Shown: positions 55,701 through 64,000 of the stretch, piece after piece
Layout of the letters: each line of letters opens with the position of its first letter
Numbering within the stretch: position 1 is the stretch's first letter
Source: Callorhinchus milii
Taxonomy: Eukaryota
Length of the DNA stretch: 64,000 nucleotides
NCBI RefSeq assembly: GCF_018977255.1
Contig: NW_024704743.1
Location: 72,914,001-72,978,000, forward strand
Direction: 5' to 3'
Program-made: the position numbers and the translations under genes
The notes under the pieces: model-generated
The model's input: the letters and a program-made list of their open reading frames with translations, nothing else
The model's database searches: none
Told to the model about the DNA's origin: nothing

Positions 55701-58700
55701 ATAGCATTCTGAGACACTATCCTGCATGAAGTACGCTATATAAATGCAAATTGTTGTTTTAATCCAACCAATGATATCACTGAGTGACCAATGTTGGCAG
55801 ATCACCCCCCCGTTGCCGAGTGAAAAAATAAGTTTGAGTTAAAATACAGCAACATCAAAAGTGAACTTATATAAAGTATTTTAAAACAAAAAATGTGTAG
55901 TAAAGTACGATGTCAATTAATACCAAAAAATGTAATTTAGAATTAGAAGAAAATATTTGTGCATCATAAGATATAAAACTTCATCACAGCAAACAAATTT
56001 CAATAACTGTGAACTGTGATTAGTGTAAAGAGAAATATGGTCATTTAGGTGTACATAGCTAAGCAAATGAAAGCTTTTTCTATAAAAAGGCACTTCACAA
56101 CTTGAGTCCTGAATTCTTAGTATCTCCAAAAGTCAAAATAAATGACGGTACTTACACTGACATTTTCCAAGCACCGCTCACAAGATGTATTTGTAAAATG
56201 TGAACATTCTGGATCTACAAAAAAAACTTATGTTATTCAAAATACATATTAATATTCACATTTCATTCAGGGCAGTTAGGTACAAAGAAGGATACTGCCA
56301 ACTTTTCAGTTCTCTATGATATGCTTGTTTAATATCAACACAAAAACACTCCATTTTTAAATATTCCAATTACTCATTTAAACAAACTTCTTATCCAGCA
56401 CATTAACACAGATGTTTTCTATTCAGATAACTTTTAAAAATGAAACTTCTCCAACTGGCCTAAAGCCACCATTGATACCAGACAGGAAGATTTGCATTTC
56501 AAAGCTCCTTTCGCATTTGTAATTAATTCTTAAGTTTTTAATTTAATGATATCTCGCAAAGACTGTTCAATGTGCCTTTTGATATGTGTTGAATTACTGG
56601 TACAGATCCTTCAATTTCCACAATTTTTTTAAAAATCTTCTTTTTAAAAGTATCAACTTGTTCAAGGTGCAGTATTCAATGTGCTTCTGATTTTTGTTGT
56701 ACAAACTTCCTGTTCATCAAGGTGAAAGATATTAACAGACTACTGTTAGAAACTGTTACTATTCATCCATTATTCAGAGTCGAGAACATCGGGGCCAGAT
56801 GTAGCAAGACCCTTTACAAAGCAACACTATTTCACAGAATATTACAGCACAGAAACCGGGCACACAGCCCATCAAATCTGCTTTATATTGACCTTGCAGC
56901 ACTGCTGCTAAACCATCTCAAGATGTACATCATCAGAAAGGAAGCAACAAGCTAAAAAGGCTTCTACATCCCTGCTCGAATTTTTACAGTCAAGGTCAAT
57001 TCTTGAGTCAGCGAAGTATTTGCAAGCCCTTATTAACAATATCTAGACACAATGAGATCTGCAAGCAGAAAATTAGACACAAATGAAAACAATTCAACAT
57101 CCTTAGTTGTTTTGTGTTGTGCTGTTTCTGATAAATTCACTTTGTCACAGACATGTGGTGAAATTGACATGAACAGAAATTTTCCTCCCTTACACTGGGT
57201 AAATATTTCCTCCAACAGTAGACTCAATTGATAGCGCTATGACTTGACCTTTGGATTATACTGCCCCACCATCGTGTTTACATAGAGATGACATAATAAA
57301 TTCTGTGAATATAATGAACCGTTCCTGCCCCATAACCCACTGTTTAGCTATTCAGCTAAGAGGCATCCAGCAACAAAGTATTGGCCTACCCATAGTGAAA
57401 AAGAAACTATACTTTTAAGGTCACCCTGGCAAGATACAATACTTTCAGGTACCTCGAGGCATCTTATGCCACAGAAATCTTGGGCAAGTTTCCTTACTCC
57501 ACACGCCTGATAATAATCCCTCAAGAAAAAAATAATAAATTGTTCACTTCAATCCACGACTGTTTATGGAACACTGCTGTGCACAATTGGCTGCCGCATT
57601 TCACCCACAAAAAATACAGTCAATTCACTTTACAGTATATTCTGTGAAGCGCTTTGAGACGTCTAGAAGACGTGAAAAGCGCTATATCAAATGCAATGAT
57701 TACTATTAAATGGTCTAAATGGCTAACCTCAATAGCCTATGCTTTAGTATATTTAGGCTTCAACCTCCATCCATCGCAGTTATTTAGATAGCCGCTGTTT
57801 GGGAAAACAATTCTTTAAGTCTATGCGCATTTCTTCACAAGTCATGCCACGTCACTTCCGTATTGGCCATTCCTAGTCACCTACCCTCTCCCTGGCTCAG
57901 TGTTAAGCTGAGCTTGTTAACATCTCCGAGACGCTATCCTGTTACTACTATGCTATATAAATTCAAGACGCCAAGGTTCCAGACTCGGTCAGTGAGGTGG
58001 AGAGTACATCGCTGGATGGTGATGCTATAAATGGCTCCTCACCTCAAGCACTAACAGCATCACTGTCCATGACCACCAGCTCCATCACCACCACCACCAA
58101 CAACAACATTACATTTGTATAGCACCTTTCACGTCGGGAGGACGACCCAAGGCGTTGGACAGTGTACAGCATTTCAGAACCGAGCTGGGGTCAGGGGGGG
58201 AGAGGGGAGGGGAATGGCCGATGGCATGGTCGAAGAGGAGGGTCTTGAGGCGGGACTTGAAGGTGGCTAAGGAGAAACACCAGAAACACCAATACCAGCA
58301 GGTCCATCACCACCACCACCAGCACCACCAGAAACACCAATACCACCAGCTCCATCACCACCAACACCAGAAACACCAATACCACCAGCTCCATCACCAC
58401 CAACACCAGAAACACCAATACCACCAGCTCCATCACCACCACCACCAACAGAAACACCAATACCACCACCACCAACAGAAACACCAATACCACCAGCTCT
58501 ATCACCACCACCAACCCTAGAAACACCAATACCACCAGCTCCATCACCACCAACACCAATACCACCAGCTCCATCAACGCCACCACCAACAGAAACACCA
58601 ATACCACCAGCTCCATCACCACCACCACCAACAGAAACACCAATACCACCAGCTCCATCATCACCAACAACACAAATACCACCAGCTCCACCACCACCAC

Positions 58701-60009
58701 CAGAAACACCAACACCACCAGCTCCATCACCACCAACAGCACCAACACCAATACCACCAGCTCCATCACCACCAACACCAATACCACCAGCTCCATCACC
58801 ACCAACACCAATACCACCAGCTCCACCAACACCAACTCCATCACCTCCATCACCACCAACTCCATCACCACCAATACTACCAGCTCCATCACCACCAACA
58901 CCAGAAACACCAATACCACCAGCTCCATCACCACCAACACCAATACCACCAGCTCCACCAACACCAACTCCATCACCTCCATCACCACCAACTCCATCAC
59001 CACCAATACTACCAGCTCCATCACCACCAACACCAGAAACACCAATACCACCAGCTCCATCACCACCAGCTCCATCACCACCAACACCACCAGCTCCATC
59101 ACCACCAACACCAACACCACCAGCTCCATCACCACCAACACCACCAGCTCCATCACCACCAACACCATCACCACCAACACCACCAGCTCCATCACCACCA
59201 ACACCATCAGCTCCATCACCACCAACACCACCAGCTCCATCACTACCAACACCACCAGCTCCATCACCACCAACACCACCAGCTCCATCACCACCAACAC
59301 CACCAGCTTCATCACCACCAACACCACCAGCTTCATCACCACCAACACCATCACCACCAACACCACCAGCTCCATCACCACCAACACCACCAGTTCCATC
59401 ACCACCAACACCAATACCACCAGCTCCATCACCACCAGCTCCATCACCACCAACACCAACACCACCAGCTCCATCACCACCAACACCACCAGCTCCATCA
59501 CCACCAACACCAATACCACCAGCTCCATCACCACCAGCTCCATCACCACCAACACCAATGCCACCAGCTCCATCACCACCAGCTCCATCACCACCAACAC
59601 CACCAGCTCTATCACCACCAACACTAATACCACCAGCTCCATCACCACCAACACCAATGCCACCAGCTCCATCACCACCAGCTCCATCACCACCAACACC
59701 ACCAGCTCTATCACCACCAACACCAATACCACCAACACCAACACCACCAACACCAACACCACCAGCTCCATCACCACCAACACCACCAACACCAACACCA
59801 CCAGCTCCATCACCACCAACACCAGAAACACCACCAGCGCCGGCAACACCAGCAGCTGCACGGCAGTGGCGGGGTGGGGGTTAGATGGTTCCCAGCTTCA
59901 CATGTCCCCGCCCGCGGGCCGCGCTCTCACCTCTCTTGTCAGCAATGGAGCCGTTCAACACCAAACAACCCAAAACAAAGAGCCACAGACTGGGGCGGAC
60001 GGCCGCCAT
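31688..60009 (-). CDS. PTTG1IP2: PTTG1IP (PBF)-family protein, spliced CDS complement(join(31688..31737,38770..38816,48206..48271,49258..49363,54550..54658,56156..56214,59931..60009)), 171 aa; PTTG1IP2 assigned by position next to CDK14
   Basis: Seven exons (79+59+109+106+66+47+50=516 nt) with GT-AG boundaries and matching phases translate to [171 protein letters not shown]. Recognised against remembered human PTTG1IP (CEECLKNVSCLWC, ARWGVCWVNFEALII, HDEIRKKYGL, PYARFEN). Family assignment is strong; the paralog name rests on synteny. Confidence 0.92.
32360..32787 (+). mobile_element. Older DeuSINE (SacSINE1/AmnSINE1-like); related copies at about 2615-2872 (+), 7490-7735 (-), 21645-21895 (+), 27715-27900 (-)
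   Basis: Remembered DeuSINE consensus motifs gatgag..ttaaacc.aggtccc.t.tg....tcag...ga.gt.aaagatcccatggcactatt, seen across these copies. Family name from memory, not a database search. Confidence 0.7.
35250..35905 (-). mobile_element. L2 LINE 3' fragment
   Basis: aacaacaacttgtatttatacagtgcc tail and [10 protein letters not shown] remnant; homologous to 27905-28560. Confidence 0.8.
36484..36850 (-). mobile_element. tRNA-derived Deu-domain SINE, long subfamily
   Basis: Colinear with 19089-19469. Confidence 0.88.
37390..37712 (-). mobile_element. CR1 LINE fragment abutting a SINE
   Basis: Similar to 29311-29868 (ttccagatt...tgaaaaaaac, ctctgtatctaccctatc, cctcaaccttct). Confidence 0.7.
37716..38016 (+). 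mobile_element. tRNA-derived Deu-domain SINE, short subfamily
   Basis: High similarity to 25720-26029. Confidence 0.9.
38770..38816 (-). CDS. PTTG1IP2: PTTG1IP-family exon 6 ([16 protein letters not shown])
   Basis: Acceptor tttttcttttacag, donor gtatgt; 47 nt; matches the family motif DEIR(K/R)KYG. Confidence 0.94.
40787..40858. repeat. 36-bp tandem duplication (ATGTTGATAAAATGATAACATAGATTCAATTCCATA x2)
   Basis: Directly visible; 2 mismatches. Confidence 0.85.
48206..48271 (-). CDS. PTTG1IP2: PTTG1IP-family exon 5 ([22 protein letters not shown])
   Basis: Acceptor ttcatag, donor gtaagt; charged cytoplasmic helix; phase 2 at both ends. Confidence 0.92.
49258..49363 (-). CDS. PTTG1IP2: PTTG1IP-family exon 4 (transmembrane helix plus Cys cluster, [36 protein letters not shown])
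   Basis: Acceptor tctctcttcccacacag, donor gtaatt; hydrophobic segment followed by a Cys run and basic residues. Confidence 0.95.
49861..49980. repeat. 30-bp tandem repeat x4 (ATCATTCACAACTCAGGCAGCACGCAGTCA-like)
   Basis: Directly visible, in intron 3. Confidence 0.9.
51030..52760 (+). mobile_element. Highly decayed CR1 LINE ORF2 remnant, with a nested minus-strand L2 tail at about 51600-51775
   Basis: Peptide remnants IALAETWL (endonuclease-like), NITPLFRKG and NYRPVSL, and [13 protein letters not shown]; many stops and frameshifts. Confidence 0.8.
54550..54658 (-). CDS. PTTG1IP2: PTTG1IP-family exon 3 ([36 protein letters not shown])
   Basis: Acceptor tttgtctttcag, donor gtaaga; 109 nt; family signature CLWC...ARWGVCW. 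Confidence 0.95.
56156..56214 (-). CDS. PTTG1IP2: PTTG1IP-family exon 2 ([20 protein letters not shown])
   Basis: Acceptor ttttttgtag, donor gtaagt; PSI-like cysteines; N-glycosylation sequons NTS and NVS. Confidence 0.93.
57478..57708 (+). mobile_element. 5'-truncated copy of the same SINE (other partial copies at about 3950-4050, 9705-9860, 13265-13455, 21205-21368, 26625-26790, 31980-32156, 43430-43703, 44965-45195, 52765-52960, 55400-55540, 61305-61552)
   Basis: Shared core and tail cagtcaattcactttacagtatattctgtgaagcgctttgagacgtc...tatatcaaatgcaaggattatta. Confidence 0.85.
58100..58272 (-). mobile_element. Short L2 3' fragment embedded in the intron-1 minisatellite
   Basis: Closely similar to the L2 tails at 27905-28085 and 14117-14310 (acatttgtatagcacctttcacgtcgggaggacg...gagctggggtc). 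Confidence 0.85.
58275..59840. repeat. About 1.6-kb trinucleotide-phased minisatellite (CCACCAGCTCCATCACCACCAACA variants) in intron 1
   Basis: Directly visible; the plus strand is C/A-rich and strongly G-poor. Confidence 0.95.
59931..60009 (-). CDS. PTTG1IP2: PTTG1IP-family exon 1 (signal peptide [26 protein letters not shown])
   Basis: Strong Kozak GCGGCC-ATG-G inside a CpG island; hydrophobic leader; donor AG|gtgaga at 59930; ends in phase 1. Confidence 0.88.
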
Positions 60010-60100
60010 GGCCGCTCTGTTGTCTCTCCGGTGGGGGCGGGGCTGAGCTTCGCTAACTTTCTGCCTCGGTTTCAAGAGAAAACAAACTCAACCGACACGC

Positions 60101-60301
60101 ACCACGCCTGCGCGGGGAGCTGGGCGGGCAGTCGCCGCCCACTGCGCCTGCGCGGGGAGCTGGGCGGGCATTGCGCGGGGAGCTGGCGGGCAGTCGCCGC
60201 TCACTGCGCCTGCGCGGGGAGCTGGGCGGGCAGACGCCGCACACTGCGCCTGCGCGGGGAGCTGGGCGGGCAGACGCCGCACACTGCGCCTGCGCGGGGA
60301 G
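60101..60301. repeat. 40-bp GC-rich tandem repeat, about 5 units (ACTGCGCCTGCGCGGGGAGCTGGGCGGGCAG[A/T]CGCCGC[A/C/T]C)
   Basis: Units start at 60101, 60141 (truncated), about 60172 (partial), 60203, 60243 and 60283 (partial). Confidence 0.92.
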
Positions 60302-60384
60302 GGCCCGCGGGCCTCACGAATTGCCGGGTAACCTCCTGCCAACCGAGGCCTCGGGCGATAGCCCTGACACCGGGTACACACAGC

Positions 60385-60760
60385 AATAATAACAATGAGC
60401 CTTTGCATTTGATAAGGCGCCTCATCACATCTTCCAGACGTCTCAAAGCCCTTCTCAGAATACACTGGAAAGTGTAGTGACTATATTTTGTGGCCAAACA
60501 CGGCAGCCAATTGTGCGCAGCAGTGTGTCACAAACAGTCGTGGATTGAAGTGACCAATTTATTATTTTTTCAAATTTATTTTTTTGAAGAAATTATTACC
60601 TACCTATTACGGAAAAGTGATCCGCCAATCGACTAAACACCCGGGTTCTAAACAGAGGCACGTGGAGTGAGGAAATTCGCCGAACGTTTTGCCAATGCCG
60701 GAATATGAACCCGGGTCTCTTGCTTGCAAGGCGAGCGCTCTAACCACTGAGCTACAGGAC
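60385..60760 (-). mobile_element. tRNA-derived Deu-domain SINE, long subfamily, next to the promoter
   Basis: Colinear with 19089-19469 and 36484-36850. Confidence 0.88.
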
Positions 60761-63250
60761 AGTAGTCCTATAACAATCCCTGGAAATTGGAGACATGGTC
60801 ACCCGAGCTTATCACATCACCGAGACGTCTCAAAGCGCTCGATATGATTTACGGCAAAGTGGAGTGTAACTATGTATATATATTGTGGGCAAACGTGGCG
60901 GCCAATTTGATTATGACAAAGTCTCATTAACAGCTATGGGAGGATCATAGACATTTACAGCACAGAAGGAGGCCATTCTGCCCATCCATTACCACAGATG
61001 CACTTTGAACCCCACTGTCCTATTCTCTATCTAACTTACAGATACCCATCTACTTCCTTATTGAAACCCACAATGACTTTGCCTCTACCTCCTTACTTTG
61101 CAAGACATTCCACTTCCTAACAATTCTCTTGAGTGAAAAAAAAATTCCCACAATTTTTCTATGATGAAAGCGGTGACCCTCATGCGGGTACTTACATAGT
61201 TGTCAGCAGCCCAAATATTCTTTGTGCGTACACCCTACCTAACTGTTTGACCATAGAAGTGCTTCAGCAACGCCTGATCCTCTCCTCATCCTGTCCTAAT
61301 TTTAGGATTCCTGTAGCTCAGTGATTAGAACTCGCCTCACAAGCGAGAGACCTGGGTTCGATTCCAGGCAGGGTGAAACCTTGGGCAAAGTTTCCTTACT
61401 CCACAAGCTTGATAATAATCCTTAAAAAAAAATTGCAGAGATAGGGTAATGGAAGATCTTGGGAATCTTTGAAAATGAGGACAAGAATATTAATGAGATG
61501 TCTAGAAGACATGAAAAAGCGCTGCATCAAATGCAAGGATTATTATTATTATTTGATACCCATACACATTTATCTTCTGTTGGGGAGGGAGAGGGGATGG
61601 GAATGGATATGAGTCACGCAATAATCATTAGGAGGAATAGTGGATGATTTCCCTCCCCTCTTCCTACCACTCCCTCATAGGGCACTGAACCAATTGTGAT
61701 CCCACCACTGTTGTTGCTCCATTTTTGGACTTTGACCTCAACTCACAGCCTAGAAATGTCTCAGAAACATTTTGTAGCACTTCACAGGATTTTACTGTGA
61801 AGTGTAATGGCTGTAGGAACTGTGTATTTGGAGGCAAATGTAGCACTTAATTTGTCCACAGCAAAGTCCCACAAAGAGCCATTAAGTAATTGACCAATTT
61901 TATTTAATGATTTCTACATTTGAACATCGGGAAGATGTCTCAAAGCGCTTCACAGGGTATATTGTAATTTGTGGACAGCAATGTTGAGTGGCTTAGGGAT
62001 TTGGCTTGCAGGATTAACAGGAGTTGAGTGGGAAGAGACCCTCACCCGTCTTCCCACTCAACTCCTGCCCGCTCCTCCATGTCTGGTCAATGGGCCAAGC
62101 TGGCGGGTCTGTCATCAGCAGTGCCACGGAGGACTGCAGACCTATCTGGTTCAGGAACTGGACTTCCAAGACCACTACAGAGGATTGACTTTATTTCAAC
62201 ATTTCGTTGCCAAACATATCACCTTGGAGCCAGCTCAGTTCCAACGAAACCTCCAAGGAAGATAGTCAAAGCATGTTTGGTGAGTTATTTCAGTGCAGCC
62301 GTAGTACACTATTACAATCCAATACCAATACATTATCAAGGACAAAGGCTTAATACTGTAAGTCGTAGTGGTTGTAATAAAATTAATAGTACTGTATGAA
62401 GATTTTGAAGCAAGGCTTCCAGTACATAGGAACGTAGGAGGAGGAGTTCATTCAGCCCTTTGAGCCTGTTCCACCATTTAACTAGATCATTGCTGATCTG
62501 TACCTCAACTAATCCTTTCAATTCCAATTTCCTGCTTTCTCAAAGGTTGTTGAGAGCAGAAAGAGAATAGTGAGATGCAGGGATTGGGGTGTAGGTAAGG
62601 TGATTTGCTGATGGTTGGGTTGGAGGCAAATGAAGGAGGCTGGGATTTGTGGAGCAGAGGAATGGTTGTGGGATTAGTGTTGCAGGAGATTGCAGAGATA
62701 GGGTAGTGGAAGGTCTTGGGTGTCTTTGAAAATGAGAACAAGAATATTAATATAATCTATTGAGGGATAAGGGAGACAGTTAGGTGATAGGCTGACAGAG
62801 CTTGGTGCAGGAGAGGGATACTGGCTGTGGAGAATCTGTATAGTCCGCAGTTTGTGAAAGGTGGGACTGAGGATTAAGATGCATGTCGTGTTGACCCCAA
62901 AACTATTCTACTGTTTCATCAAACTAGAGCATTTATCTTAGGTGTCACAAATATGTGCAGTGATATGTTAAAAAAAAACGTCAAAGAGAATAATTTCGAG
63001 CAAATTCGCAAAGCTCGCGTGACTGGCATTTTGTTTTGCATGCTTGTGGTTTCAAATGTAATCCAGTTGGGTTTTGCTGCGGTACAATTCTACAAAGCCA
63101 GCAGTTCGAAGGGCATTGCTGCTGTTTCGAAAAGGAAATGGTTGTCTGCCTGAAGTGGTGCGCCTGCAGCTCAGCCCCGAAGTCATTGCAGACGCTTCCC
63201 AGATGTTGACAGCTGCGGCACCCACCAGAGTGTGTGTTTTTTTTGCCAGT

Positions 63251-63334
63251 TGCAGACGTGAGAGGCACTGCTCTCCTTTGCAGACGTGAGAGACACTGCT
63301 CTCCTTTGCAGACGTGAGAGACACTGCTCTCCCT
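63251..63334. repeat. 28-bp tandem repeat x3 (TGCAGACGTGAGAGACACTGCTCTCCTT)
   Basis: Directly visible. Confidence 0.9.
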
Positions 63335-64000
63335 GAAAAACGCAACAAACAAACAAAAAAACAACTCATTTTAAACCCACGAGAAAAGCAGCTGCAGCTT
63401 TAATCCCCCACTCCCCCCCCCCACCATCAGCAGAGGAGCCACTTGTGTGCCGCAGCCCCTCTCCGCGGGTGGGGGCTGTGTCCCGCGGACCCGCTGGTGG
63501 TGCTCAGGGCTGCAGAGGGAGCAGTTTGCGCGCTGCACTCCCGGTGTGTGTGTGTGTGTGTGTTGCACGTGTCGGTCCCCCGGCAGCGGCCCGGGGTGGG
63601 AGGAGGAGAGGCGGAGGCGGAGAGCGGTTGATTCTTCTTTGGCTGTGAACGTCCTCCTGTTAATCACTTGGCACACACTGTGCTGGTGTTGCTGATGCCC
63701 ACAGGTAACCTTTGCACCCGCCCTTCCTCTCCTGCGGGTTCACCACCATTACTGCGGTGTTTGGCCGCTGAGTGTTGGCAGACAGTGTCTGTGTTGGGAG
63801 GGGAGGGAGAGGCGGTTAATAACAACACGAGAACTTGCTCCGCGAAAGAGCCCCAACATCCATCCAGTTCGCCTTCCACCCTCCTGCCAGTCACTTGACA
63901 TGTCGTGCCCCGAACTACATGCTGTGTCCTGAGGTTACTTTCCAGCAGAAATCCATCCAAATTGTTCCCAAAACAAACATCTCCTGTTCCCACCGTCTCC

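Larger units (their letters stand above)
59840..60380. promoter_or_regulatory. CpG island / promoter of the PTTG1IP-family gene
   Basis: Sharp rise in GC and CpG content around exon 1 against a CpG-depleted background; GGGGCGGGG GC box near 60033; repeated GCGCCTGCGC motifs. Confidence 0.85.

Noticed and set aside
58191..59861. 556-aa Val/Leu/Met ORF on the minus strand
   Set aside because: Translation of a trinucleotide-phased minisatellite in intron 1. It is not continuous with exon 1: intron retention stops at the TAA near 59881.
58271..59884. Stop-free Pro-rich plus-strand frame (PPAPSPPTP...), extensin/mucin-like
   Set aside because: No ATG until 59558, no splice signals noted, antisense to the host gene, and the lack of stops is expected from a C/A-rich triplet repeat.
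59866..60497. Several 60-200-aa ORFs over the CpG island
   Set aside because: GC-rich and repeat-derived frames that run into a SINE; only 60009-59931 has coding support.
63664..63993. 109-aa ORF as possible CLDN12
   Set aside because: No claudin motif (W-GLW-C-C) or four-TM pattern.

Overview
AT-rich, repeat-dense vertebrate genomic DNA. The repeat repertoire (tRNA-headed Deu-domain SINEs, L2 and CR1 LINE fragments) suggests a cartilaginous fish, probably a chimaera; this is inference. Manual reading finds a complete 7-exon gene on the minus strand (CDS 60009->31688, 171 aa, all introns GT-AG and phase-consistent). It encodes a PTTG1IP/PBF-family single-pass membrane protein. Downstream on the same strand is the 32-nt second coding exon of CDK14 (9628->9597, ALKKDDSSFDE), an arrangement matching the PTTG1IP2-CDK14 neighbourhood known from mammals. 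The canonical CDK14 first exon is not visible and may lie in the scaffold gap at 10220-10244. The ORF track shows only exon 1 of the PTTG1IP-family gene, and its long ORFs are repeat artefacts or LINE remnants. The most notable observations are a 40-bp promoter tandem repeat of NRF1-like and GC-box motifs, a 1.6-kb strand-skewed trinucleotide minisatellite in intron 1, a fold-back junction in a minisatellite near the CDK14 exon, and phase compatibility that would allow an in-frame PTTG1IP2-CDK14 read-through. I found no direct evidence of a wholly new biological system; the speculative items are labelled as such.
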